Source: Lama glama
Lineage: Eukaryota
NCBI GenBank assembly: GCA_028534125.1
Contig: CM052816.1
Location: 28,956,001 to 29,020,000 of the forward strand
Length of the DNA: 64,000 nucleotides
Direction of reading: 5' to 3'
Shown here piece by piece: positions 13,639 through 26,928 of the stretch. Made by a program: the position numbers and the translations under genes. Numbering within the stretch: position 1 is the first letter of the stretch; every line of letters starts with the position of its first letter. Under the pieces are notes generated by a model. It searched no databases, was not told the DNA's origin, and worked only from the letters and a program-made list of their open reading frames with translations.

Positions 13639-13778
13639 CAGATAAAGATTTACTGTGAAGCTAATAAGCTCCTTCTAATGTTCTATACATAATTTTATAT
13701 TTCTAATTTTTCTTAGAGGGATTCTCCACAATTGTATAAGCTTCAAGGCTCACAAAAACTGTATACCTGTACCCCCAT
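13639..13778 (+). mobile_element. Arthur1-like hAT-Tip100 MITE
   Basis: Starts 'cagataaagatttactgtgaagctaa' and ends 'aattgtataagcttcaaggctcacaaaaactg', resembling Arthur1 termini. Confidence 0.6.
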
Positions 13779-14199
13779 GCTCCAACACAAGGTCTTTCTC
13801 ATAATCCATACCATTTTTGTAGTCTGTCTTCTTTCACAGTGAAAATCCTGATTCCCTGAAGAATTAATTTATTCACTCACTTACTTCATCTTCCGATATA
13901 CATAAAGTAGCTTTGGAATTGCCACACCAGTAGCAATACCTACAACAAACCTGCTAAGTGAAATTTAAGATTTCATTGCCATTCTGCCCTGTGAGAGCAT
14001 TCTACAAAGGGTTGTTTAAAGTTTCTTAAATTTTTACTTTGCATGGTTGTTATCAATTTCATAACATATTAGGTTCATTTATACATGATTCTATTTATTA
14101 GAGTTTTTAACTATGGTAATTTACTTTTATTTTAAGTAAGTAAGATATTCACATGACTCAAAAGTCAAAATGATAAAAACTAGAGATAGCATTTTTATC

Positions 14200-14510
14200 C
14201 TTAACCCCTCCAGTCTGTTCCTACCCATCTTCAAGCCTCTGCTCTCAAATGTCCCATTATCCCTGACTCCCGTGGGGAAGAGCAGCCATACTCCCTGTTT
14301 CTCTTTATCATACTTAACCTGCTTTATTGGCCTTAATACCATCTATCACTACAGGATGTGATTATTTATTTTTATTATCTGCCTCAACTAGAATATAAAT
14401 TCCATGAGAATACTTTGTTTCATTCACTGCTACACCCCAAGCACCTAGAATAATCCTATGCATAGTAGGTACACAACACACATTTGTTGTATGAATTTCA
14501 TGAATGAATA
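14200..14510 (+). mobile_element. L2 3' end
   Basis: 'ctagaatataaattccatgag...ttcactgct...gcacctagaa...catagtagg...atttgttg...tgaatgaat'. Confidence 0.8.
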
Positions 14511-17414
14511 ACATTTATTTGTACAAATAAGAGTCATGTTATAAAGACTGTTCCAAACCTTGTCGTTTTTACACAATACCTCCTGAAAATCATTCTACAT
14601 AAATCTTCCCCTTATTTGTAGGAGGCTACATAATATTCCTGGTAAGGCTACAGTTCATGTAACCTGTCCTCTACTGAATGGCATCCAAGTTGTTCCCAGT
14701 CTTCCCCTGCTACAGACCCTGCTGTGAGGAACACTCATTCACTGATACATGAGTTTAGTTTTATATTTAATATATTTTAAATATTAATCATCAAAAGTTG
14801 GTGTATTATGGAGAAGAAAGAAAACTGTAGATGTATTTTACAAGATAAATATGATCTCAAAGACATTTCCTACTTATGGTAGCTTCAGATTAAGCTGCAG
14901 ACTTACAGAGAGATATATTAGTTTTGTACCTTAAAAGTGGTACTGTATTTGGGTGCACATGCATGAGAAGAATAAAGTGACTTCCAAGGTCCTATGTAAT
15001 CCCAGTACTCCATGGTATCTTACGCTTTTTTGGCTCCTAGAATACACCAGATTTATTTTAACCAATTCTTTCCTGATCTTTTAAGATGTTAATGCATAAC
15101 ATGATAGAAATCTTTTGAAATTATTAGAGTATTATGGTTCTTTAATTCACTTACATAGTCACAGAAAAAAATCATGACAGTAATGGATAACATATTGAAT
15201 TCTCTAAAAAAAAAACCTACGCAAGAAAATGAGAGACAGAGAAGAGGACAAGCTGTAGGTGAGTAAAGTGAAAGTCCAAAATGCGAACAATTTGGAAATC
15301 TAGAAGAAAGGTACGCATGTGTTCTTTAGAATTTTTCAAAAAAAAAAATGGCGAAACGGAAGCAAATCACAAAGATGAGTCTGAAAAGCAAGGAGCAGGT
15401 ACACAGTAAGACAGAAACATCTCCTACCTCTCCCTCATCCTTTTTTCCTCACCCTACATTTCCTCTAAAAAAAGTAATAATTTGCGGTAAATTGCCGCTC
15501 TAACGAAAGCAAACATAACTCCATATATAGCTGGCTACAGATAATGCATTCTAAAGAACTATTTTATTTTAAAATACAAAATGTTCCATTTGAGGATTTC
15601 CATGGGAAGTGGAGTTGACATTTGATACTAATTCAAACATAAATGTAAATATTATAAAAGCAAGATATTTTACATGACTATTTGATGGGCAAACTGAAAT
15701 ACAATCCTAATTAAAAGCAGTCTCTATAGAAATGCATAGTGAACACACAATAGGAATAACTTTAACATTAGCATTCATTCCAAATCCAAAGGTGATTTAG
15801 GTAATATTACGTAACAGACATTTCAGGAACATGTCCAATTAAACTAAACAGGGCTGGCCTGTTTATCCTTCATTCGCAGGCTCCTCTCCTCACTGTTAGA
15901 TGATTCCCACAGCTCCAGTGGGTTGCCATCCAAAGCAGGTGTTATTTATTCACTCAATTTGTTTCTCCTCACCATGGAAAGCTTATCTCTGCCTTGTGTC
16001 TGCTCTACTCAGCCCTCGGCTCCCTGATCCCCACAGCACTGCAGAGAAACCCACTTTCTGTATTCCTTTCCTTCATCGTCCACACTGTTTGCTGGTGAGC
16101 ATTATAAATCATTCCTGCTAAGCGTGTTAATTAGGAGAACTAGTTGACTGCTCCATAAGTGTGCTAACTGCAGCCTTCAAAGATAATACCACAGCTTTCT
16201 AACACCTCCATTACATCCAAGTTATTCTTTAAATTCCCCTGTGAACCTGCAGCCCTGTGCACATCTTTGTAAAACACATTACTTAATAGTGAAACTATTT
16301 CTCTAGGTCTTTATCTTACCACAATTAGACCAAGTTCCTTAAGGGCAGATATCCTATCTTGAACATTTTTGTATCCCTACACGTAGTCCAATACTTAGCA
16401 TATTATAAATGCTCAGTAAAAGACTATGGAACTTAATTATCAAATTGAAAACAATTTATTTCTGGAAACACTTCAGCCCGGATGTAGACAATGCATTTCA
16501 GAGAGAATTCTTTGTTTTGGGAAAGACCAAACTAATAAGAGGAATAACAAGCAGGGAGGCCAAAGACCAGAAGCCTTTCCCAGTTCCTGGAAAAACTCCC
16601 TGTTGTTGAGAACAGACAGACTCAAAACAGCCTGTTAGTTGAAACTAGGGTATACTTACCGTAGGAGCATGCTTAGTGCCCAAACTTGAGATAGTCCAAC
16701 AAAGAATCCATTTCCAAAGAACAGAATTTGAGCCATTTCTGTTAAGCCCTCACTTTTACCCAGGTGATTATTGTTAAACTCAGGGGAAAAAAGAAACTTT
16801 ATCCAACACAATTTTCAAGGAAAAAAAAGTACAATAAATGATAAATGACCACCAATTTCCTCCTGGAACTTAAAACCTTCATCTACTTAACTATCCTGAT
16901 CCTACAAAATGCAACAATGCCTCTAGAAAATAAGGGAAAAAGAAGAAATTGACTTTGGAGGCACATAGCAATCACGGGGCTGTCATTCATAGTACACTGC
17001 AGTAGGAACCAGATTCTAAACCTTTCAACTATGGAAAACAACTTACAATGTTACAGTTCTCTAAACTTGACAGATTCTAAGTGTGAAAGAACACTGGGGT
17101 GAAGGCCCAGGACCTGAACTCTAGACCTGGCATCAGCTCTTCTGTGCCCCCAAGCAAAGAACATGAATTATCGCACCTCTGATTCTTGATCTGAAAATCG
17201 AATATATTGAATTTAATGTGCTTTTTAGGGCTCTTCCATGGCATATTATTAAATAATTCCATGTTAGGTTTGTTCTTTTTTTTGGAATAGAAGTACATGG
17301 GGTGAAACAGCCCATAAACTGCATTAGTATGTACAAGTTTTGAGAGATTCCTGTGATGCGTTGCCCTGATCTCACTTTCAAGACCCAAACTGAGACCTCG
17401 CTGCTTTATTCTCA

Positions 17415-18590
17415 GCTGGTGGGCGTGCTAGCCACAGATGGCTCACAGCTGAGTCTCTCTGCAGACCTTAACTTCAGTGCAGAGGGGTGACTGACAACAA
17501 AGACTTCTCCTCAAGGAAGAAGTAGCCTCCAGCTACCGATCAATGCTCAGCCCTCTTGCCTCAATTTGGGACAGGTTAGAATCTACAACCCTTGCTGGTT
17601 TCTACTGATGCACTTTAGAAATTCAAGGATAATCTGATGGGGATTAATCTCAAATTTAAAACTAAGTACAAAAGTCAAAGGGCCTCCTTGGAAGGTAAAG
17701 AGATTCTTATCTATTGCAGCCAGAGGGTAGAAAAAGCTTAAGATCAGGTTCAACACTGAACTATAAGGAAAGCAGAGGTCCAGAGAAGAGAAACTGAATT
17801 CTCAACCCCAGAAGGTAAGCCACTCAAGGAGAGACCATGAGTTTTGGCATGGGGACACCTGGGTTGAAATACTTGAGAATCCTGACCCCTCAGAACCATC
17901 TAGCCCTGTAGAAGTGGCTTACTCTTCTCAAAGCTTAGTGTTCTACCCTTGCTTTTAGACAATGCAGAACCCTGAAAGAGAACACACATACTGCTCAGAT
18001 TCTACTCCACTGCCACTCCCAGCTACAAAACTAGTAAGTGAGATCAAATCACAGCATAACCCAGCCAAGCAGGTTCTAGGATTGCTAAGGGAGAAAAGGG
18101 ATGCAGAAGGAGCTCCAGGACCTGGTGAATGTGATTCAGCAGTAGCCAGGAGGGTATGTAAGGGGCTGGATCCTGAGGGTGCTGGATCAGTGCATGTGGA
18201 GCATCAAGTTGGGTAAGGGAGACTATATCAATGCAGGTAACTCTCCTATGACACAGGAGTTAATAATCTGGCAAGAACCCTGGGATGTGGTGTTAACACA
18301 CTGCTAAAAGGGCACAAAATGATCACAAGAGGTAATATGCCAGGCAGGACATTCTAATATAAGAGAAAAAAAACTACTCGCTGGCCAACTGTGCTCCATG
18401 GATGGGCTTAAAGGGCAACCCTGTTCACTGAAGCCATAAGGAATATGTTGGTGAAAGAAGCACCAGAAACAGTCAGAAGCTTATTGGTAGCTATTCTCTC
18501 TAATACAGGGGTAATTATAGGAGATGCTGTACTGACATACTGGATAGTAACAGTAATTTTACGATCTTAAAATAATACAGGCCAGGATGC
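17415..18590 (+). mobile_element. ERVL relic (LTR16-like LTR followed by ERV3-16A3-like internal fragment)
   Basis: 'ctcttgcctcaatttgggaca' LTR16-like; 'tgcagccagagggtagaaaaagcttaagatcag' ERVL internal-like. Confidence 0.5.
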
Positions 18591-18593
18591 AAT

Positions 18594-19162
18594 TGATGGA
18601 ATTCAGAGCAGGCTACCCCAAAATATGCCAGTCAAGCACGTGGATCATTCTGAGCAAAACCCAACAAGGTCCAAAAGACACAGGAAGAACCTTTGAACTT
18701 TCCCCTAACTGCCTAAAAGCATGTAAGGTGGAAGGCCTGTTTCAGGAACGAGGTATCCCGATGGATAACTATAGTAAAGTACAGACTTGGTGTGGTAGAC
18801 AGGAGGAGCCTAGCAAGGCCTCTTTGAAGAAAGCCCTCTCTGTGTTCATTCTATTGTCTCTAGAAGGCCCAGCAAATATTTATTTACCAACATTAACTCT
18901 TGTCTTCTTCCTGTGAATTACCTTACCTCCGTTTGAAGTCCCAAACTTCAAATTACTTTTCCTCAGTACAGACTGACCTATATACCATATACTCTATACT
19001 CTATCTTGATTTACTGCCTTTGGAATTCTTCATGTTTATGTGAATTCCCATACACACATAATAAATTTGATTTTCTCTTGTTAATCTGCCTTATGTCATT
19101 TAATTATTTGATTAGCCAAAAGAACATTAGGGAAAGGGGGAGAATAGTCCCCCTTCTGAATA
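18594..19162 (+). mobile_element. ERV1 solo LTR, MER34-like
   Basis: 'tgatggaattcagagcaggctaccccaaaatatgcc' start; 'aataaatttgattttctcttgttaatctgccttatgtc...agccaaaagaac' end. Confidence 0.8.
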
Positions 19163-19209
19163 CTTCAGAAATAAGTGGTATGCAATTACCAAAATGAGTG
19201 GCAAGTTGG

Positions 19210-19690
19210 AGTTGTCAGGTGCCAGCAATTTTTAAAAGATTTCTTGATTTCTATTCTGAGATGCAATTAAATTGCTTTAAAATGTTTGATCTTCATAAGG
19301 ATTTCTTTTAAACTTTGTTAGGAGGGACCAAAGCAGCCTTTAGTCTAGAGTTAATTTTGCTTCACTAATGAAGCAACAAATACCCTTCTGAGTAACTCAT
19401 CTCACCCCACCCCCACCCCAATGTGGCTGACGGGAATTCCAACAATTTCTGGCCCTCTCTGTGCTGAGGGGATTGTTTTGACTGCTTCTTTTTGGTGGTT
19501 CCTTTCCCAGCCTTGAGAAGTCAGCTGAAGATCCCAGATTCTCAAAGATGTCTAGATACCTCTCTCTCTCTCTTCTCCTCTCCCTCCCTCCCTCCCTTTG
19601 GCTCTCTCGAGTACAGTACTCTTCCCTGAAAACTCTAACCATATCAGCCCTCCCAAACTCCCAAATCTGTCTCCTCAGCTCAAAATATTT
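19210..19690 (-). mobile_element. Old L1 5' region (L1MD/L1MEc-like)
   Basis: 'ctttgttaggagggaccaaagcagcctttagtctagagttaattttgc...acccttctgagtaactc'. Confidence 0.65.
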
Positions 19691-20149
19691 ACAGGTAAGA
19701 AAATAAGACTATATTAAGAAAATGAAGCATCATGATCAAATTGATCAAGTTTATGTATCAATCCATGCAAATCTGTGTGAATTTTCTCAGAGAATTACTA
19801 GTTGGTGTGTTCCCCTTTCCCAGAAATCCCAGACATATCTGAAATATAGAACAAGTACCCTTCCCAGGAAGTTTTATGAAGATATTTAACTAACAGAGTA
19901 TACTATAAAACACATACATATAACTGTAAAATTTTCTGAGATGATTTCAAACTGCTAAACCCAATACTCTTAACACCCTAGATAAACTGCCAATACCTCA
20001 GGTCCCAGCATTCTTTCTGTGGTCTCTCTATGGCATGTATTTGCAGTAAACAAAGATGGAATTCCTGGCCAACAAACATCCCTATTCTCAGAGGGCTGTT
20101 GCTCTCCTACAATTGTAGGTCCCTGAAGTCATGTTGGAATCACACACCC

Positions 20150-20500
20150 TTGTGCCCACAGGAGTAGTTATAAGTCAAGATAAGCCCAGGGAATTCTCTA
20201 CCTACCAGAAATTTGGAATCAAACCAAGAAATACCAGTTAATCTCTTTGGTGCCTGAACTGAAAAGACCTTTACAATTGCCTGCAGCTGTCACGTGGAAA
20301 AGCAGAAAAAGTTGGTCTACAGAGAGGAGAAAAGATGAGATGCAAAGAGATACAGATGATTTGAGAGAGAGTAAACTAGGTTATAATAGCTTTACAATTC
20401 TCAGTAATCTCCCTGTATGAGATGTAGCTCTGTTGCCTGACGCTGAGTTACAATAAGAAACCATTTTTAATAAATTCTCCTTTTTCACTTAAAATAGTTT
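20150..20500 (+). mobile_element. MaLR LTR (MLT1-like)
   Basis: 3' end 'aataaattctcctttttcacttaaaatagttt'; diverged. Confidence 0.45.
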
Positions 20501-21604
20501 AGCAGAAAAACTGACCTAGCCTGCCTTGTGGGATGTAATCAAAATGCAACTTTGTCTACCATTATCCCTTGAAAATTTATTGAGTGAAAGAAAAATTTTT
20601 CCCTTGCCCTTGGATGAAATTCTTTCTCTTGTAAACTCCCTAAGATTTTGTTCTCATTTAAAGTATAAAATGCCCTCCAGTCACTTCAAAGCCCCAAAAC
20701 TGCCTCAGTTCTCTAAATTATCCAGGGCTAGAGAATCATCTAAACTCAACTTTCCTCTCAGGCTATTACTGAAGGTCGGCAACTTGCAAGTGGAAAGGAG
20801 GAGAAGCTAAGGGGAGACATTATCTTTCTTTCTCTATTCCCCTGCCATGTCTCATCTGCCAACTGCAGTTTCTGATATCCCCACGGTTGGATCCAGGTGG
20901 GAGAGAGGGCTTGGGGTCAAGACCAGCCACAGACAGAAAGCACAGGGATCATCTGGCAATGGGCCCTCTCAGTGACAGATGTACAGATGCTGGCCTATCT
21001 CATCAGAACCTTTAAGAACTTTCCAGAGGAATATCCCTCTTACCCCCTGCTTCATTCCTCTGGCCTCAATTCCTGCAGTGTGACAAATACACATATTTTG
21101 GGGAGTCCTTTCCTCTTAGATTCCCAGGAATCCAGGTAATCCACACCACCCAAAACTCTCTCTTGGAAAACCCAAACCCTCTAGGAGGTTCTCTTGGGCA
21201 GAACTATAAATGGCTTCACCAACTGTGTCTTTCCTGTGAGGTCTACCCTTGGTGCATGGGAAGAACACGTTATCTGCACAGCTGCCACTGGAAGAGGGTT
21301 ACATTTCAAACAGTCCTCTGTTCCTTTCTTTGCCCTGCGACCACCAGGTGACAGCAACAGCCTCTCATCCAGACCAGGAAATTTAGTTTATGTTTTCTGA
21401 GCTGTCCTGTCGAGGCAGCACCACCCTCAACTCTTTCTCAGAGAGAAGTGGGAATCAAGGCAAGAGTTCACAAATCCCTTCTTTTTTCTTCCCTGGATCC
21501 TTTTATGCAACTGGCCTGGGTCATGGTCCCTGACCATGGAGCCCTGAGAGAGCTCCAAGAGTCCAAAGATAAATCTGCCCATTTTTTCATTTCAGTATAG
21601 AACC

Positions 21605-22077
21605 TGTAGTAGGGAAGAACAAATCTGACTCTATATTGGATCTGTTTCTTTAATTTTTGTTTCTATTATTTTTGCTATTGGTTAATCACTAAAGGGAGAT
21701 TGCCTATAAGCTTAAATTATGCATAATGACTCATCTCTGGGAACCCTGTTTCCCAGGTAATGAATGTTGAGCTAAAATACCTTTGATTAGCTCACAGGAA
21801 ACATCCTGAGCAGGCCCATCTGTGAATGACTACAGAAAGGGAGAAATTAACACAGCCCTTCTGGAGGCTGACTGGAAACAGGAAATGTTTGACTTTATTC
21901 CCTCCCCTTTTAGCATAAAAGGAGCCTGAATTCTAACTCAGGCAAGACAGTTCTTTGCGACACTAGTCCACCACCTCCTCAGTCTTCTGGCTTTCCAAAT
22001 AAAGTCGATATTCCTTGCCCCAGCAACTCTTACTGGCCTGTTGTGCAGCAAGCAGTACAAGCCTGGACGTGGTAACA
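21605..22077 (+). mobile_element. ERV1 solo LTR, MER41-like (artiodactyl type)
   Basis: TG...CA termini ('tgtagtagggaagaacaaatctgactctatattgg' ... 'ggtaaca'); TATA-like 'cataaaagg' and 'aataaagtcg' poly(A) signal. Confidence 0.85.
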
Positions 22078-22549
22078 GATCTCTTTGTGTGTAGCTCCCA
22101 TTGTATCCTGGTGCCACGGGTAAAGTTAAGTTTTATCCTGTAACATTACCATTAGTTGTTTTCTGTTACCATCCCTCTCACCCCTGCCAAAGAACCATTA
22201 ATAAAGCACTCCCAGTGTTCATAGTAAATAACTACATTATAGGCTTTATGAACCTGAAGGTAAATTTCACTGTTGAATGACTGTGAATATTCATGGAATG
22301 TAACAATTTGCTGAGTCGAGAATTTGAATCACATTAGCTTAACAAATGAGCTAGCAAACCATTCCACATCCTTATCCATATGTGATCTTGATTTTCCTTA
22401 CCCTGAGTAGAAAAGAAAGTAAATCTGGTGAAATGGTTTAAGGAAAAGATCATTCTTATTTAGAAAACAGAAGTTGTGAAAGTATCAAAGGCTGGGAGTG
22501 TGGAATATGACTGTGGCTTAAATCTATGATTATTAGACCTAACCAAATA

Positions 22550-22670
22550 ATTCATTCATTGAATAAACATTAATTGGGCACCTGGCATGTGCAAGCCATT
22601 GTGATGGGTGTTAAGTATAAACGCTGAATAAAATGGGCATGTTTCCTGCTCCTTTGAAGCTTACTATCTA
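22550..22670 (-). mobile_element. L2 3' terminus
   Basis: 'ttcattcattgaataaacattaattgggcacctggcatgtgcaagc'. Confidence 0.7.
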
Positions 22671-24594
22671 TATTTGCTCTAGCTAAGAACAAGAAAAAAA
22701 AGAAAGGATTCCTGAAATTATGTCCGCCAATGCCCTACTTACTCATCAAGGGAAGAAGAAAATTGTGATGAAAGGTAAAATCTGCTTAATTTATGGTGTG
22801 AAAATATGCACAGGAAACATGTGCCTTTAGTCAAAAATGTGAACCCTCAGAAAGCCAGGTGCCTGTACAAGTTATTTTCATGAGGCAAACAGAAATGAAC
22901 TGACCTTTAACAGAGTAATGGTAAAGAAAGTTAAAGACATATTTTTGCTGTGCATAACATGATGTTAACAGGAAAAAGAATAAGGCAACCACCCTTCTGC
23001 AGAATTGTTCTCCCCAATCTGAAGAAACTAAAGGAAGATGAAGGTTGTAGCCTAGAACAAGTACTCAGTGTCTCTGAGGAAAATGCCTGCAGATAAACAC
23101 ACACACACATACACACGTCATATGCAGTGCACAGAACAGCCCTCCTCACTGATCAGCACAGCTTTCATCTGCTTTTGTTCAAGGGGGATGAAGGTTGATA
23201 GTATAGTAACGATGAATGTAAGATACTATAGGGTTTATTTTGCTAGTAGAAATCTGATTTAAAATTTTATAAACTACCTTATTCCTCTATTTATGGGGTG
23301 ACTTGGACATTTCATTTACATTTTGCTTTATCAGATATATATAGGACAGGGACTATGAAGAATTAGCCCTAAGATTGTCACGAAGCCTACTAGTCGTACA
23401 TAAAGTCAGCTGACACATAGTCCTGGCTTCCCCCTGTGCTGAGACCTAGGACAAACCTATAAATCATGAAGATTTAGAAATCTGCTTTAAAATGCTTTAT
23501 CAAAAATGAGTGCTGGTAACCTGCACTGTTATTTCTGGATACTTTGCATGCACTTTGCCAGGGTCCACTATGATTTAGTACTAACTGGCAATTCTTTTCT
23601 AGATTTTGGGAACCAGAACAGTCTCTTGAGGAACAGCTCCCTATCAGGTCTAGTTTATAATCCATCACAGGACACTCTTGAAATCAAAAGGAGGGGCTAT
23701 TAACAAATGTGCCATAAGTTCTAAACCAGCAAGCAACAACTCATGGTCACCCTAGCTGAGTTTTCAGACTACTCAAATACAAGATGACGATATTTGCTTT
23801 TCTTGAATAGATGAACAAAAATGCAACTCGAAAGGAAGCAGAGATGTCACAGTGTGAAGAGACACATACAACGTGCGGAGGCTCATGGCTAAGCCATGTG
23901 CATCCTCAGCTGCTTAAACTGCTAAAGATAGTAGCAACGGAAAAGGGGAAAAAGACTTGATCTGACACCTCACTGCCCACACAGTGTCCACCTCCCCCAG
24001 ATAGTGGCCAACGCACAGGCTCTCTCAATTAATAACGAGAGTGTTCAGGGTGAGTGGGTATGACATCAACTCATGAAACATGCAATCCCACAGTATGAAC
24101 AATCGGACCATGTGGGAGCAAGAGCAGATCCCAAAGAGCAAATTTTGCCAACTCACTTATCTAGAAATTATGACTTTACAGGATTGTTCTGGGGAAATTT
24201 AGACTAGTAGAGTTTGCCAATTATTTGTCTTTAAATATAATTTGTTTTCTATATTACTATCTCTATGACAAAATCTTTTATGTCACCAGGACTCAGACAT
24301 TAGTGTTATTTATGTAACTCAAGGTAATCTCTCTGATATACCCAGCAGGATCTTAGATCACCTCCCATAACCAGACTGTTATAAATAAATGCAATTTTCT
24401 CACTAGTGACCTCTCAGAAATTGCTAGGTTATGCCAAGTATTGGTGTTTCTTCCAGAGACAGAAAGGCATACTGTATTTGAATAAATAATTTCTGGGAAT
24501 TATCTTTGCCACTGATCCACTCTCAAATGGAAAATCCTCAATTCATAACACAATCTTTGAAAAATCATGAATTTATAACACATTTTTTCTACCT

Positions 24595-24765
24595 TTTCAT
24601 TCATTTGTTCATTCATTCACTTATTCAATCAACATCCATGCCGACTGTGCTCAGTACTGTGCTTGGTTGTAAGGACATAATGATAAGGAAAGCACAGCAT
24701 GGTTTCTGCCTTTATGAAGTTTTCCACTTAGTGAAGGAGACAGACCACAAACAAGTAAACAAACC
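24595..24765 (-). mobile_element. L2 3' terminus
   Basis: 'cattcattcacttattcaa...ctgtgctcagtactgtgct...ctgcctttatgaag...ggagacagac'. Confidence 0.75.
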
Positions 24766-26928
24766 AACAGGTCAAGGCTACAGTCTGAGTCACCAGAAAA
24801 AAAAAAGGGGGATAGATGGAGTGGTTAAAAGAGGCCCTTGGGGAAAGCACCATTCTTTGTTACTACCTTTAGATTCTCTCTCTCTTCATTTTCTCAAATT
24901 TCTAATCTTAAGTGACATACCCTTATGCATTTGTTTTGCTTCTCACCCATATTTATTTGGTTTCCTTATTCATTTATTCTACGCTTTTACGCCCTCTTAT
25001 CTCATGCATGTGGTCTATCAGAAAGGAATTCTTAAGGAAATTCACCATTTTTTCTCTGGTATACAGACATTTAAAGCAAAACTTTACTCATCATTAACCT
25101 CATGTTCACAACTTTCTCACGTTATACTAGAAAATACTGTTAAAGATGTGAAACAGGGTCAGATCATATTCCGTTACCTTTTATTTGAAATTTCTTCTAT
25201 GATCAGAATTGTTTTTGCTAGAAAAAATAACTGAATCAGTTAGTGAGGCTACTTGTCCCATGAATGTAACAGGTTCTTTTCTTCCTCCCTCTGGCTCAAA
25301 ATTGTTACAGGAGACTTCTACACACTGACAAAGCCTCTGCCACATCAGGTCAAGGTATAAGAAGCTATTTCTAATTATTTTATGTAACCAATTCAACAAA
25401 TTCATTAAACTGCATGCAGTGGGGAACAGAAGCATTGCTTTGGCCCTCTGAGCTCATGGGCCAGCAGAGCAGAAAAATTTGCTTTCATTACTATGTAACA
25501 CAAATTTATCCAAGTTTCATTCATCTATTGGTAATAAATGAAGTTCGTATTAACCATAACAACTAATTATTTCACTAATTCTTATCTGATTGCTGAAGCA
25601 TGATCTTCACCTCCATGCTGAGCCCCTACTAACATTTCTGGTGTCTGCCAGGTACTCTGTTCTGTCCCCTCCAGGTGGCACTGGTGTTCTGCAGTTTCTG
25701 ACAGGTACTGCAGCTCTCACACCTGCAACATGGTACCTTCAATGTTTGTTTATAGCCTGCTCTCCTCCTAGCACATTGTTATTGACCTGGCTTATTGTGC
25801 CTGGATCCATCTTTCCTCAGCATATGTCCTCTCCAAAGGGGCACCTAAGGCCCCATGTAAGCAGCTATGGGCTCTCAGGTCATCTACTCAGTTGACTAAA
25901 TCCAGCATAGATGGTCTCTGTTTATTTGGACCACAGCACCCCTGGGCCTTTTACAGCTGTCATCTGGAATTAAGAGAGGGCAGGGCAGAGTGATACTCAC
26001 CTTCCTCAGTTATTAATCTCATCAAAGGGGTTAAGGGAAAGCCTCCAAATTGGGTATAAATTTGTTCCCCAACTAAATGACTGGAATTTACTATGTCTCC
26101 TCTAGATCTCCTACCCACTTTACCAGAGGTCAAGAGGAAGTCTATGTTATGAGACTAAGACTGCATCTCAAGATGGCTTTAAATACAAACAACCACCTAC
26201 AGAATGGGAGAAAATATGTGCAAATGATGTGACTGACAAAGTCTTAATTTCCAGAATATATAAACAGCTCATACAATTTAATGACAAAAAAAATCAAACA
26301 ACCCAATCCAAAAATGGGCAGACGACCTAAACAAGCAATTCTCCAGTGAAAACATACAAATGGCCCCAGGCACATGAAAAAATGCTCAATACCGCTAATT
26401 ATCAGAAAAACACAAATTAAAACTATGAGTATCACCTCACACCAGTCAGAATGGCCATCATTCAAAAGTCCATGAATGATAAATGCTGGAGAGGCTGTGG
26501 AGAAAAGGGAACCCACCTAACTTTTGCTGGGAATGTAGTTTGGGGCAGCCATTATGGAAAACAGTATGGAGGGCCCTCAAAAAACTAAAAACAGACTTAC
26601 CACATGATTCAGCGATCTTACTTCTGGGTATATATCCGGAAGAAACTCTAATTCGAAAAGATAGGCCATGCGCGGGAGCCCCTGGCCCCATGGCGCGGCC
26701 TCAGGCGAAGACGTGTGAGGGTCCAGGTCCAGCCGTCGGCGGCGCCATAAGGTGGCCCTGCTCCCGCAGCCCTAAGGGACGGCGGCCGCGCGGCTCAGGA
26801 CGCCGGCGCAGAAAGGGCACCCAGCCCACACCTCCTCCAGGCCTCAGCCTCAGACTCCCAGGCCCAGGCGCCCACGACGCCTATGCTGACGGCCGCCTGG
26901 ACGCCGCCACCTCCACAAACTAGCGCCG

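Larger units (their letters stand above)
13330..14750 (-). mobile_element. Old L1 (L1ME-like) with nested hAT MITE and L2
   Basis: 'tttcctgcccagacc...cagccatttctctagggaccct', 'tctgggcactaggtgtgttcactgcta', 'ggcatccaagttgttcccagtctt'. Confidence 0.65.

Noticed and set aside
22990..23110. Minus-strand acceptor 'tgtgtttatctgcag|G' as a coding exon
   Set aside because: Two frames stop early, the third gives an unrecognised peptide, and no good donor follows.
24506..25234. 242-aa ORF on the plus strand
   Set aside because: It starts at TTG, runs through an antisense L2 tail and AT-rich low-complexity DNA, and has no recognisable domain or exon structure.
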